Shown here piece by piece: positions 11,178 through 22,112 of a stretch of 64,000 nucleotides of DNA; within the stretch, counting starts at the first letter, position 1; the number at the start of each line of letters is the position of its first letter. The notes below the pieces were generated by a model. The model saw only the letters and a program-made list of their open reading frames with translations. It searched no databases and was not told the origin of the DNA. Both the position numbers and the translations under genes were made by a program. The DNA is from an uncultured Pseudobdellovibrionaceae bacterium (GTDB taxonomy: Bacteria > Bdellovibrionota > Bdellovibrionia > Bdellovibrionales > UBA1609), in the NCBI GenBank assembly GCA_963803705.1, contig CAWDNU010000001.1, forward strand, positions 224,001-288,000, given 5' to 3'.

Positions 11178-13573
11178 TTAAGCAACTAAACGTCTTGAAC
11201 CGGTATCCTTGCTTTTGCCTTTTTCTTTCGCCGGGCTATTCAGAAGAACAACTTGAAGTACTTCATCAATATTTTCAACCAAAATAAAGTTAATTTTTTC
11301 CTTAAATTCATTAGGAATATCTTCAAGATCTTTCTTGTTAGCTACGGGTACAATTATATTTTTAATACCTTGATTCAATGCTGCTAAAGCTTTTTCTCTG
11401 ATACCACCTACAGGTAAAACTCGTCCAGTCAACGTTAACTCCCCCGTCATAGCGACGTCCATTCGAACAGGAGTGTTTGTAACCAGACTTACTATAGCAG
11501 TTGCAAGTGTGACCCCCGCTGATGGACCGTCTTTTGGAATTGCTCCCGCAGGCAGGTGGATATGTATGTGGTGAGTGCTAAACCAGTTATCGTCAATCCC
11601 AAGATTTTCTGCATTTGCTTTAGCATATGAAAGAGCTGCTGTTGCAGATTCCTTCATAACATCGCCAAGCTTTCCAGTCAGCGTCAAGCCGCCAGTGCCT
11701 TTCATTGCTAAAGTTTCTACGTAAAGAATTTCTCCGCCAGCTTGAGTCCAAGCTAGACCAGTAACTATGCCAACTCTATCTTCAGTTAATCTTGGGTCTC
11801 TTATAAAGTGGGGAGGGCCCATCAGTTCATACACTGACTCTGATGTTATCTCTACTTTTTTTGCTTTTTCAGTAACAATAAGCTTAGCCACCTTTCTACA
11901 GACGGATCCGATTTCTCTTTCTAAATTTCTCAAGCCAGCTTCACGGGTGTATCCAGAAATTAAGGTTTTAATACCTTCTTCGGTAAAAATAATTTGAGCA
12001 TGGTTTTAAACCGTTTTGATCAATTTGTCGTTTAATAAGATGAGCTTTTGAAATTAATAGTTTGTCATTTTCGGTGTAGCCCGGAATATAGATCATTTCC
12101 ATTCTATCTTTAAGCGCAGCTGGTATGTTCTCGACAACGTTTGCCGTTGCTATAAATAACACCTCGGACAGATCAAAGTCAGTATTGATATAGTTATCTT
12201 TGAAAGTGCTGTTTTGCTCTGGATCTAGAACTTCTAACATAGCAGAGCTGGGATCACCTCTGAAGTCAGAACCTAACTTATCAATTTCATCCAAAACAAT
12301 GACAGGGTTTTTAGTTTTGGCTTGTTTCATTGCCTGTATAATTTTGCCAGGTAAAGCACCTACATAAGTTCTTCTGTGGCCACGAATTTCAGCCTCGTCT
12401 TTAAGTCCGCCTAAAGAAACGCGTTGATAGTTCCGGCCCATGGCTTTAGCTATGCTTTTACCCAAAGATGTTTTTCCGACTCCTGGGGGACCTGCTAGAC
12501 AAAGTATTGGGCCTTTAATTTCATTTTTCAGACTTCTTACTGCTAAGAACTCTAAAATTCTATCTTTTACTTTGTTCAAATCATAGTGATCTTCATCAAG
12601 CACTTTTTTCGCGTTAATGACATCTAAATTATCTACAGTTTTTTTACTCCATGGCAAATCTACCATCCAATCCATATAACTTCTTAACATTGAAGACTCA
12701 CTAGAATCAGGATGCATTCTTTCTAAACGACCGAGTTGTTTAACCACCTCTTCTTCAACTTTTTCAGGCATTTGGGCATCAGTTACTTTCTTTCTGTAAT
12801 CTTCAATTTCGTCTGATTTAGCATCAGCAGGGCTGTCACCAAGTTCATTTTTAATGGCACGCATTTGTTCTCTTAAAAAGTATTCTCTTTGAGACTTTGA
12901 CATCTGCGAGTTCGGTTTGTGACCTTGCTCTTTCATGTTTTCAATTTCTAAGGTTAAGATTTCATCGACCAGGCGAAGACGGTCAAGGGGATTTATGACT
13001 TCAAGCACTCTCTGACAGTCGTTTACAGATAGGCTAAGGTTACTTGCTATTAAATCTGCAAGTTGACCAGGCTTACTTTTAACATCATCTAATACGAACA
13101 AAATATCTGGAGATATCATTTTTCCAAGACCAATTAACTTCTCTAGTTTTTCTCGTGAACTACGCATAAGGGCTTCGGCTTCCAGACTCAGCGTTTCAGG
13201 TTCGATATCATCAAGTTTTTCTACGTTCACTTCAAAGAAGGGTTTTTTGTTAACAAACTCGTCAACGACAGCTTTTGAAATACCTCTAACTAAGATTTTA
13301 ACTCGTCCGTCAGGAAGTTTTCTCATACGTTCGATAACAGCTACAGTTCCAATTTTATAAATTGAATTCTGAGTAGGGCTCTTCTTCGTTGACTTCAACC
13401 TGCGAAGCCAAAAATATAATTCTATTGTTAGTTAATGCCTTTTCAACAGCCTTAATTGATGAATCTCGACCAACATACAAAGGTAGAATCATGTAAGGAA
13501 ATATAACCATATCTCTTACTGGTAAGAGCGGTAAAGTTTTGGGAATTTCTTGCTGTTTATTGTCTGAACTCAT
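11178..13573 (-). CDS. lon: ATP-dependent Lon protease (two +1 frameshifts near 12000 and 13378)
   Basis: LPLLPVRDMVIFP N-domain, GPPGVGKT Walker A, PKDGPSAG catalytic Ser; split over three ORFs; GGAGG before the ATG at 13573. Confidence 0.95.
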
Positions 13574-13625
13574 TGTGCCTCCGGTGCCTATAAACATGAG
13601 AAACATCCAAATTTCCCATATGACT

Positions 13626-13652
13626 ATATCGGATAAGCAGCTCAAATCTATA
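13626..13652 (-). promoter_or_regulatory. Putative FliA (sigma28) promoter for lon
   Basis: TATAGATT-N11-TCCGATAT versus consensus TAAAGTTT-N11-GCCGATAA. Confidence 0.5.
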
Positions 13653-13682
13653 GTGTCGTAGCACAGGTAGAAGGTCTAAAAA

Positions 13683-15653
13683 TTACAAAGTCTTGCCCTC
13701 AATTACTATTTTTTTATCTCTAACAATTAGATTAAAAATAGGAAGATTGACAATTCTGGACTGGTCCAAAGTTAGGTTACCTAAACAGCCGTCCACTTGG
13801 CCCAAAGACTCTAATTTTTCTTTAAGTTCAACCCTATTAGATGGTGAACCGTTTAGTGCTGTTTTAACAATTTTTGCAGAATCAAATCCAAGAACTGAAA
13901 ACATATTAGGCTCTTTACCGCCAAGTGATTTGGCAATCGAACGTGTGCACGAGTTATTAGGCCATTGTCCAGTCGGTGGAAGAGAATCAATAAAAACAGC
14001 TCCCTCGACCTGTTCTGGCGCCCTCTTTATAAGTTCGTCACTGTTCCATAAATGAGTTCCAATTAAAGGCGTGTTTTCTAAATCAAAATAAGGAAGAGTT
14101 GCTGCTACTAGTGCAGCAGGTTTTGCGGAATCAGCAATAAATATCGAGTCAAAATCAATAATAGGCTTTAATAATTCTTCAATTGGTGGGGGATTCAAGC
14201 GTCGTGCGTTTTTATTTTCTCGCTTCCAGGTATTTTGTTTTCTAAGAAACTCGCTTTTACGCTCTCCTTCTGGATCTAGTTTAACAATTCCTTTAATGGC
14301 TTCATTTAAACTTCGCTTGTTCGAAAAAGTATATGCCCTAACTTCAGTTATTTCTTTTCCGCCATTGGTTATAGCTTGGATAAAGGCTTCGGCGTAAAGA
14401 TTTCCAAAATTATCATCCGGCTTTAGAACGGCTATTCTTTTGAATCTTTCATTTTTTAATACATATTCAGCTGTCCTTAATGCGGAGTACTTTAAAGTTA
14501 GTGCGTTTTGAAATGTAAAATCAAAGCTTTCAACAATTCCAGGTTTTGGTGTTAGGACTAAGGTCGGAACTCCGAACCGAGAGGCCACTCCGACTATAGC
14601 AGAAGCAGTTGCAGTTGTTGCTCCACCAATAATTGCAAAAACACCACTGTCCCGGATAAGTGAATCAGCCGCCTGTGCAGCTGATTCGGGGTGAGACTGG
14701 CTGTCCTTTATAACTAATTTATAGTTTCCAGATCCAGATTCCATCCCTACTTTAAGACCACGAAGAATATTTTCGCCTATTGCTCTTTTATCACCGGTCA
14801 TGGGGATGATCACTCCAATCGCATTTTTATCCACATTTTTGTAAATCGCAGAGTATTTATTCATCTCTGCAATCCGTTGCCTAAGCTGACCAGAAGGCAA
14901 TAGTTGAAGTGCATTTTCAAAATGCCTAGTGGCTTCCTCAGAGTCCCCTGAATAATAGTAGATTTCGCCAAGTTTAGCGTAGGCATCACCATGGTATTCA
15001 ACCATTTCTGAGTCGTTAATAATAGATTGAAGCTCATCTCTGTTCAGACGTACTTGTATTAAGTTTTTACTAATTTCACGTACTTCATTTTTTAAGTTTT
15101 TGTCGTTAGTGTTTTTATATATATAATCAATGGCAGTTAAGGCAGTTAAAAAGTCACTACTAGCTATGAATAATGGGTAGGCAAATTTATAAAAAATTAA
15201 TTTGTCTTGAACAGATATCGTAGGTTGAGACTGACCAGATTTAGAATAATAAATAGCCTTGTTTAGGTCTCCTTTATTTTTGTATAAAGAAGCAGTTCTA
15301 TAAAAAGCAAAAACCCTTTTCGGGTGATTGAAATTAGATGAAATCACTCTTTCATAGGCTTTCAGGGCTTCTAAAAATCTGTTTTGCTGTTCAAGAACCT
15401 GACCCATCATGATCATGGCTTCAAAGTAGACCATAGAATTGGTTGGTCTTAGCGCTATTTCATTTAGCCTACTTAGAGCTAAATCAGGATTACCAGGTAG
15501 TGCTTGCTGGGCTGATTTAAAAATAGCAGTTTCCTTGGCAGAAGGCGAGATTGCATTCTGTTTAGGAATATTAATTTTTTCAAATTCTGGCGAGGTGACA
15601 CAAGATGATATAAGTAGAGAAATCGATAAAATTCTAAAAAGTTTTAAGGTCAC
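13683..15653 (-). CDS. LpoA/LppC-like lipoprotein (TPR plus periplasmic-binding-protein type 1 domain)
   Basis: Lipobox ISSC; TPR helices; IGVIIPMTG...IIGG and GFDS motifs of the PBP1 fold. Confidence 0.75.
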   Translation of the reverse strand: MTLKLFRILSISLLISSCVTSPEFEKINIPKQNAISPSAKETAIFKSAQQALPGNPDLALSRLNEIALRPTNSMVYFEAMIMMGQVLEQQNRFLEALKAYERVISSNFNHPKRVFAFYRTASLYKNKGDLNKAIYYSKSGQSQPTISVQDKLIFYKFAYPLFIASSDFLTALTAIDYIYKNTNDKNLKNEVREISKNLIQVRLNRDELQSIINDSEMVEYHGDAYAKLGEIYYYSGDSEEATRHFENALQLLPSGQLRQRIAEMNKYSAIYKNVDKNAIGVIIPMTGDKRAIGENILRGLKVGMESGSGNYKLVIKDSQSHPESAAQAADSLIRDSGVFAIIGGATTATASAIVGVASRFGVPTLVLTPKPGIVESFDFTFQNALTLKYSALRTAEYVLKNERFKRIAVLKPDDNFGNLYAEAFIQAITNGGKEITEVRAYTFSNKRSLNEAIKGIVKLDPEGERKSEFLRKQNTWKRENKNARRLNPPPIEELLKPIIDFDSIFIADSAKPAALVAATLPYFDLENTPLIGTHLWNSDELIKRAPEQVEGAVFIDSLPPTGQWPNNSCTRSIAKSLGGKEPNMFSVLGFDSAKIVKTALNGSPSNRVELKEKLESLGQVDGCLGNLTLDQSRIVNLPIFNLIVRDKKIVIEGKTL

Positions 15654-15661
15654 AGAGCCTC

Positions 15662-16510
15662 CTACAGGTCTTTGATAGTTCTCTCGTATTTTTCAACCAG
15701 AGGAGATTTTTTCTCAGAAATTTTCTGGATCCAAAATTTTTCTTCAGTAGATAATTCTAATGGTAAATCAGTTAAAACGCGAATAAGAAAATCACCTTTT
15801 CCAAAACCTTGTACACGTGGAAATCCTTTACCTTTCAGTCTAAAAATTTGACCGGACCTAGTACCAGCTGGAATTTTTAGTTTTGAAAATCCATATAAGG
15901 TAGGAACAAATTTATCACAGCCAAACATGACTTCTGACAAAGAAAGTGGAAGATCCATTCTAACGTTTCTCCCTTCTTTAGAAAATAGCGGGTGTGAGTT
16001 TAAATGGATATGCACTATCAAATCACCAACAGGTCGACGACCATCACGCGAGCCTTCGCCTTGTACGCGCAACTTCTGACCATCTATCACCCCCGCGGGC
16101 ACAGAAACTGATAGTCTCACAGTTTCGTTAGTAAGCTCTACAGATTGTCTGATATATTGCACGGTCTTAGTGCAGCCTTCAGCTGCTTCGTAGATACTTA
16201 GGTTTAAAACATATTTTAAGTTTAAAGGGCGATCCGGAGCAGTAGCTGGCTTTTGTTTACTACCTTCTTCTACAGGCCGATCTCTGCTAAAAACACCTGG
16301 ATCGGTAACCTCTAAATCTTCGTCTTTGTAACTTTCTAAAATAAAATCGTAAGCGTCTTTTAACTCTCTGAACCTTTCGACAGCCTCGTTGTTACCAGGG
16401 TTGTGATCAGGGTGAAATCTTAAAGCTTTTTTTCTGTAAGCTTTCCTGACTTCGTCAAGATTGTGAACTTGATCCAAACCAAGTGACTGAAGTGCGATTT
16501 TTAGGTTCAA
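15662..16510 (-). CDS. DnaJ-class co-chaperone without zinc finger (CbpA-like)
   Basis: J domain with HPD; DnaJ_C repeats (VPAGV.DGQKLR, IPAGT.SG..FRL.GKG); no CxxCxGxG. Confidence 0.88.
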   Translation of the reverse strand: MNLKIALQSLGLDQVHNLDEVRKAYRKKALRFHPDHNPGNNEAVERFRELKDAYDFILESYKDEDLEVTDPGVFSRDRPVEEGSKQKPATAPDRPLNLKYVLNLSIYEAAEGCTKTVQYIRQSVELTNETVRLSVSVPAGVIDGQKLRVQGEGSRDGRRPVGDLIVHIHLNSHPLFSKEGRNVRMDLPLSLSEVMFGCDKFVPTLYGFSKLKIPAGTRSGQIFRLKGKGFPRVQGFGKGDFLIRVLTDLPLELSTEEKFWIQKISEKKSPLVEKYERTIKDL

Positions 16511-17061
16511 TCTTCAAGTTCCTTTGAGACAACAACTTGAGAGTGCCGAAGTACTTTATCGTGGTACTTATAACCTTTTTTAAAAACATCAATAATTGTA
16601 TTTTCGGAATAATCTTTGGTAGGTACCTGAGAAATAGCTTCATGAAGATTTGGATCAAATTTAGTTTCAAAGCTTGGAATCTCAAATATCCCATGCTTTT
16701 CTAAAGTTTTCTTAAGCTCTACAGCCGTTATTTCAACACCTTGTTTAAAGGACTGGTAGTTATTTTCATTAATATCAGTAGCCAATGCCTTTTCAAAAAC
16801 ATCGAGCACTGCTAGTAAATCTGAAGCTAACCTTTCTCCGCTATACTTCAAGATATCGGAGCGCTCCTTAATCGCATTTTTTTTATAATTATCAAACTCA
16901 GCTCTTAAATATAAGTAGTCATTTCTAATTTGCGCAGCTGGATCAGGATCCTGTTCTTTTTTTATTTTTGAAACATTGGATTGCTTCCCAATATTTGCTT
17001 TTGTTTTTTCAGCAGGAAATTCATTATTATTATCTGGTGGCTCACTGTTTTTATCACTCAT
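16507..17061 (-). CDS. grpE: Nucleotide exchange factor GrpE
   Basis: AEFDNYKK, FDPNLHEA and KGY...KVLR.SQVVV motifs. Confidence 0.96.
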   Translation of the reverse strand: MSDKNSEPPDNNNEFPAEKTKANIGKQSNVSKIKKEQDPDPAAQIRNDYLYLRAEFDNYKKNAIKERSDILKYSGERLASDLLAVLDVFEKALATDINENNYQSFKQGVEITAVELKKTLEKHGIFEIPSFETKFDPNLHEAISQVPTKDYSENTIIDVFKKGYKYHDKVLRHSQVVVSKELED

Positions 17062-18253
17062 TTAAATCCTTGATATCTGTTTTACTAAAACAAAGTTCTC
17101 TGAACACATGATCAGCAAACTTTTTACCGGCTTTCGATAGGCTCCATTGATCGTTAGCAAATACTATATAACCATCTTTTTGCAAGTTTAGAAGGTTTTC
17201 AACCACTAAGTTTTTGATTTTTGTAGAATATTTTTTATTCAGATCATAGGCCGATATACCATCCCACTGTCTTAAATGAGTGAAGCAGTAGTCAGTTAAT
17301 GACTCATTGAGTTGTAAGGTCTCTTGCTGCGATGGTGGTGGGTATTTTTGTTTTGTATCCCTTTTTTTTAATTGAGCCTGATAAGTCTTAAAAGTTCGAG
17401 GATTCCAAAATCTTAAACCCCACTGCTTTTCATTCTTAAAGTAAGAATGGGCCCCAAGCCCTACTCCCCAGTAATTCTGATCGTTCCAGTACAACAAGTT
17501 ATGCATTGAAGGTGGAGAACCTACTTTCCTGTAATTAGAAATTTCATATCTGCTGTAACCTGCTTTTTCTAGCAAGCTTTCCGATTCATCCATAAGCTCA
17601 TCCAAAAGATCTTCTTTCGGCATCTGCTGGGCTAAAAAGTGGTTTTGCGGAATCGTTAGCACATATACACTTATATGATTTGGTTGAAATTCTGCTAGTT
17701 TATTTAAATTTTCTTGAAAATCCTTAAAATTCTCATTGGGTAAAGCTATGATTAAATCAGCTGTGAAATTTAGGTCCAGGGACCGTAATGACTCTAAGGT
17801 TGTTATACTTTCCAAAGAAGAATGCTCGCGACCGATCAGATTTAAAGTTTTATCCTTAAAGCTTTGTATTCCAATACTGAAACGATTTACACCAGCATTT
17901 TTCAGATCTTTTAGATCATTGATGGACAGGGTTCCTGGATTTATCTCTAAAGTTATTTCACAGTTGGAATTGAAAATATATCCAACGGATCTAATCTTGT
18001 TAATAATTTTTTCAATGCGTTTTGGACCAAGTAGCGAAGGCGTACCCCCACCGAAATAAATCGATGTAAGCTCAATTTCCTTCAACAGCCTAAGTTCCAA
18101 TTCATCCAGAATAAGTTGGGTGTAATCATCTAGACCAGGACCTTGATCCAATAGCACGGTTGCGAAATCACAGTAATGGCACTTCTGCAGACAATGAGGA
18201 ATATGTATATATATACCTTGAGAAGGTTTATACTGATTGAAGAGACTAATCAT
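17054..18253 (-). CDS. hemW: Radical SAM heme chaperone HemW
   Basis: YIHIPHCLQKCHYCDF (CxxxCxxC), YFGGGTPS, YEISN, HNLLYW. Confidence 0.9.
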   Translation of the reverse strand: MISLFNQYKPSQGIYIHIPHCLQKCHYCDFATVLLDQGPGLDDYTQLILDELELRLLKEIELTSIYFGGGTPSLLGPKRIEKIINKIRSVGYIFNSNCEITLEINPGTLSINDLKDLKNAGVNRFSIGIQSFKDKTLNLIGREHSSLESITTLESLRSLDLNFTADLIIALPNENFKDFQENLNKLAEFQPNHISVYVLTIPQNHFLAQQMPKEDLLDELMDESESLLEKAGYSRYEISNYRKVGSPPSMHNLLYWNDQNYWGVGLGAHSYFKNEKQWGLRFWNPRTFKTYQAQLKKRDTKQKYPPPSQQETLQLNESLTDYCFTHLRQWDGISAYDLNKKYSTKIKNLVVENLLNLQKDGYIVFANDQWSLSKAGKKFADHVFRELCFSKTDIKDLNE

Positions 18254-18269
18254 AAAAAGGGTGTAACAA

Positions 18270-20840
18270 ATGGTGGAAAAGGTTCAATTAAAAAATGGAA
18301 TGACAGTTCTAAAAAATTTGCAGACGAAATCGCCAGTTGTGAGCGTTCAGATTTGGGTTAATAATGGAAGTGCAAATGAACCAGAAGACGTCGCTGGAGT
18401 TTCACATTTTATAGAACATCTTTTATTCAAAGGAACCAAAAGTTTCGGTCCAGGAGAAATAGCTCAATACATCGAGGGCGCGGGGGGACAACTAAACGCA
18501 TACACCTCATTTGATCAAACCGTCTATTACATGACTTTGGGATCATCCAAAATAGATGTGGGTCTTAAAGCTCTTTCCGAGATGGTTTTTCACCCTCTTT
18601 TTGAGAGCCTGGAAATTGACAGAGAGCGAGAAGTTGTAATTGAGGAAATACGCAGGGGCTTAGATGAGCCGAGCCGAGTAAATTCTCAATTTGCCTTCAA
18701 ATCTTTTTTCAAAGAACACCCCTACGGTAAACCAATTATTGGCAATGATCATATCATTGAAAAAATCACTGTTGAAAAGATCAAAGAATATTTTAATGAG
18801 CACTACCACCCAAAACACATGTTTCTTTTAGTAACTGGTGATTTTGATGAGAAGACTATCGACAAAGAAATCATTAAGTATTTCGGAGTGGATGTTAAAT
18901 TCGATCCTTTTAAAGAAAAAATACAAAGCTTACCTGACTTCAGTAAAAAAGAATTTGTAACACAAAAGACAAATTTTGAAGACTCGGTATTTAACTTCTA
19001 CTGGCCATCCGCGCCGTTAAATTCAAAAGACTATGTTTGTCTCGAGATATTAGCACTTATTCTGGGGCAGGGCGAAAGCTCGTGTCTTTATAAATCATTA
19101 AAACTTGAAAACCCAATAGTAAAAACTATTGGTTGTTATGCCTATTCATTAAAGCAGCCAGGCATATTTGCTATCAATTATAAGCCAATGGTTGGCCAAG
19201 AAGAAGCTGCACTGGTTGCTTTCAAAAATGAGTTAGCAAATATATGTAAGCGTGGATTAACAAATGAAGATTTTGAAAAAGCCATTACTAATTTTAAAAG
19301 CGAGGTGTTTTATTCCATGGAAACATGTGATGGCTTAGCTCGCATGGTAGGTCAGAACTACTTTTACATGAAAGATGAAAATTATAACGAAAAGTACTTG
19401 TTGCTATTAGAGCAAATAACCTTAAGTGATATCGAGGATGTATTTGAAAGATTTGTCTTAAAAGTTCCTGTTAAGCTTTTTGTCAGTACTCAACAAGAAA
19501 ATAATTATGTAGAAAAAATCCAAAGTATATTTGAGACAAATTTTATAGAAGAGTTAAAGTTAAAACGAAATAAAAATATAAATGAATTCAACGCATTACT
19601 ATGGAAACCAAAAAAACAACAAGACTCGTCGATTAAAGAATTCGTTTTAGACCACGGCGCTAGAGTCTACATTAAATCCCAAAATGAAACCCCAGTAATT
19701 CAGATGGATATGGCCTTTTTGGGCGGAGAAAAAATTGATAATTCCAAAGGAGCCTTAGCATTAATAGCACAAAAGTCATGGGGTAGAGAAACAAAACGGC
19801 TAACAGAGTCAGAGCTCGTATTCAAATTTGATAACCTTGCATCATCCCACTCTGTATTTTCCGGAAAACATTCGTTAGGAATGCAAGTCAGCACATTGTC
19901 ACCATTTTTTGAAAAAATGATGGAACTGAATTTCGAGTTATTAAAAGAGACAGAAGTTTCGCAAAAAATAATTGATCGAGATGTTCACTTTATCACTAAA
20001 CACTACGAAAACAGAAAAGATAATCCTCTGCAAGTTGCTTTTCAAGAATTTATGACCCAAATGTTCGAAGGACATTATTACGAAAATGATTCGTTGAAAG
20101 AAGTCAGTTTGATGAAAAAAATGGATTCAAAAAATTTGTCTCAGTTTATAGATCAACATTTTGATCCTGCAAATTTAGTTCTATCAGTGGTAGGTGATGT
20201 AGACGTAGATCATACTTTAAGATTAATAGAAAATGGGCTGTCACAACTTAAATTAAAAAAACAACCAATAAAATTTGGGTCTTACAAAGGCCCCCAGCGT
20301 GATAAATCAATAGAAATTGAGTCAAGTAAAGAGCAAGCGCAGATTATTTTTGGCTTTCAGGGTCTGACCTATAAGGACCCTAGAAGACCTATTTTGTCTG
20401 TAGTACAATCGATTCTTTCTGGTCAAGGGGGAAGGCTTTTTTTAGAGCTTAGAGACAAGGCCTCACTTGCTTACACAGTGAGTCCCATTCGCATGGAGGG
20501 ACAAGAATCTGGCTACTTTGGGTCGTACATAGCTTGTGCACCTTCAAAAAAAATTAAAGCTATTCAGATGATGAAAGACGAATTCGAAAAACTTATAAGC
20601 AACCCCGTAGCAAGTTCAGAATTGAACGCAGCAAAGGCCTCACTTATAGGGCGAGCTGAAATATCTTTGCAGCGTAATTCTGAAATTAGCGAAAAGGTGC
20701 TTTTTGATGCTATTTATGGGCTTCAATACGATTCATATTTAAACTATGCTAAAGCCATCGAATCAGTAACTGCTGAAGATATAGGTAAACTTATGAGTGA
20801 GCTTTATTCTAAACCTAAGATTTTAGTTTCCTTAGGTTAA
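18270..20840 (+). CDS. M16 family zinc peptidase (pitrilysin/PqqL-like)
   Basis: HFIEH inverted zincin; NAYTSFD; two-lobe repeat; LRDKASLAY. Confidence 0.92.
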   Translation: MVEKVQLKNGMTVLKNLQTKSPVVSVQIWVNNGSANEPEDVAGVSHFIEHLLFKGTKSFGPGEIAQYIEGAGGQLNAYTSFDQTVYYMTLGSSKIDVGLKALSEMVFHPLFESLEIDREREVVIEEIRRGLDEPSRVNSQFAFKSFFKEHPYGKPIIGNDHIIEKITVEKIKEYFNEHYHPKHMFLLVTGDFDEKTIDKEIIKYFGVDVKFDPFKEKIQSLPDFSKKEFVTQKTNFEDSVFNFYWPSAPLNSKDYVCLEILALILGQGESSCLYKSLKLENPIVKTIGCYAYSLKQPGIFAINYKPMVGQEEAALVAFKNELANICKRGLTNEDFEKAITNFKSEVFYSMETCDGLARMVGQNYFYMKDENYNEKYLLLLEQITLSDIEDVFERFVLKVPVKLFVSTQQENNYVEKIQSIFETNFIEELKLKRNKNINEFNALLWKPKKQQDSSIKEFVLDHGARVYIKSQNETPVIQMDMAFLGGEKIDNSKGALALIAQKSWGRETKRLTESELVFKFDNLASSHSVFSGKHSLGMQVSTLSPFFEKMMELNFELLKETEVSQKIIDRDVHFITKHYENRKDNPLQVAFQEFMTQMFEGHYYENDSLKEVSLMKKMDSKNLSQFIDQHFDPANLVLSVVGDVDVDHTLRLIENGLSQLKLKKQPIKFGSYKGPQRDKSIEIESSKEQAQIIFGFQGLTYKDPRRPILSVVQSILSGQGGRLFLELRDKASLAYTVSPIRMEGQESGYFGSYIACAPSKKIKAIQMMKDEFEKLISNPVASSELNAAKASLIGRAEISLQRNSEISEKVLFDAIYGLQYDSYLNYAKAIESVTAEDIGKLMSELYSKPKILVSLG

Positions 20841-20954
20841 TAAAGCAGCAAGCTTTGTAATTTAACCCTTAAATTCGTGTCAAAATGAGGCTAAGTCACT
20901 GTTTAGAACTTTTGAATTAATGACGATATGTTTAATTGTTACTAACCTGGAGGT

Positions 20955-21566
20955 TTGAACCTGAGCACTGAAGGACCAGATCTAATTCTGTCATCCAAAG
21001 AGTATTTCGACGGCCTATTAGAGGACGCTTTAAAGGAAATGAACAAATTTGACGTTCATCCTTTTTCTAAAACCTATTTGTCTGACTTGTTGAACAATTT
21101 TGTGCATGTAGACTCTTTGTTTCAGAAGAATGAAAACGGGGTAGTAGAGTCGAAAATGCTGAGTGAACAGTTTTTAGAGTCCCAAGTTTTGAATACCTCT
21201 ATTAGGATACAAAAATTGAAAAAGCTTGCAGAAACTACGTTGTATATGTCAGGTTTTTTTGCCTCATCATTAAATAAAAAGTTAGTTAATCAAAGTTATT
21301 ACATTCAAATCGGAACAATGGTTTATGCTAACTTGTCATCCTCGGTCCAGACTAAGCCGAAGGCGGAGCTGTATATGCATTTAGCAAATCATTTTTTGAA
21401 CTATGCGGATTTATTAACTGAGGTTAGTCAAAAGGCTAATATACAAAAATCAGGTGACGTCCTAGAACTAGCGAGTAGATACTTGGACAATGGTTCTGAG
21501 TGGGCTGAGAAACACTTAATACTGAATGGTATCCCCCTTGCACCGCTCAAAAAAACATCCAATTAG
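20955..21566 (+). CDS. Conserved hypothetical protein
   Basis: GGAGG RBS plus TTG start; 203-aa helical ORF with LYMSGFF...YYI.IG..Y. Confidence 0.75.
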   Translation: MNLSTEGPDLILSSKEYFDGLLEDALKEMNKFDVHPFSKTYLSDLLNNFVHVDSLFQKNENGVVESKMLSEQFLESQVLNTSIRIQKLKKLAETTLYMSGFFASSLNKKLVNQSYYIQIGTMVYANLSSSVQTKPKAELYMHLANHFLNYADLLTEVSQKANIQKSGDVLELASRYLDNGSEWAEKHLILNGIPLAPLKKTSN

Positions 21567-21662
21567 ATTTTGATATGGTAGATTTAATTCAAACTTCAAC
21601 GGACACTTAAAATTGATCAAAGTAGATGGACAAATTCTCTTAAGCCTTATTAAATGTAAACT

Positions 21663-22112
21663 ATGTTAGGTTTAGGTTTTTGGGAGATCATTATTATCGG
21701 TATCGTGGCTCTAGTCGTAATTGGCCCAGAGCGTTTACCAGATTTTGCAAAAAGTGTGGCAAAATTTCTAAATGAAATGAAGCGAACAGCATCTGATTTA
21801 AAAACTACTTTTGACGACGAAAAAGACATTTTCAAAGAAAATATAGACCAAATTCAAAAGCTAAAAACTGACTTTAAGTCTATGGCTTCTCTAGAAGAGC
21901 CTATTGATAAAAAAATTGACCAGCTTCATAAATCTGAATCAATTGATCAGATGCAAGACTACCTTCATGCAGAAGAGCAGCTGGATCTTTTAGATCCACA
22001 TTTGGGTTACGGGTCTGATGATGAACATTTCGAATGCGAAGATTCAAACTATGCCGAAGATGAAGTGCACCCCGACTACAACTTATCTAAAAAGGATAAG
22101 GATAAAGTTTGA
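21663..22112 (+). CDS. tatB: Twin-arginine translocase TatB
   Basis: MLGLGFWEIIII..ALVVIGPERLP; adjacent to tatC. Confidence 0.88.
   Translation: MLGLGFWEIIIIGIVALVVIGPERLPDFAKSVAKFLNEMKRTASDLKTTFDDEKDIFKENIDQIQKLKTDFKSMASLEEPIDKKIDQLHKSESIDQMQDYLHAEEQLDLLDPHLGYGSDDEHFECEDSNYAEDEVHPDYNLSKKDKDKV

Noticed and set aside
714..13573. Programmed frameshifting or true pseudogenes in nuo and lon
   Set aside because: No slippery sites; breaks are single extra bases concentrated toward the window start
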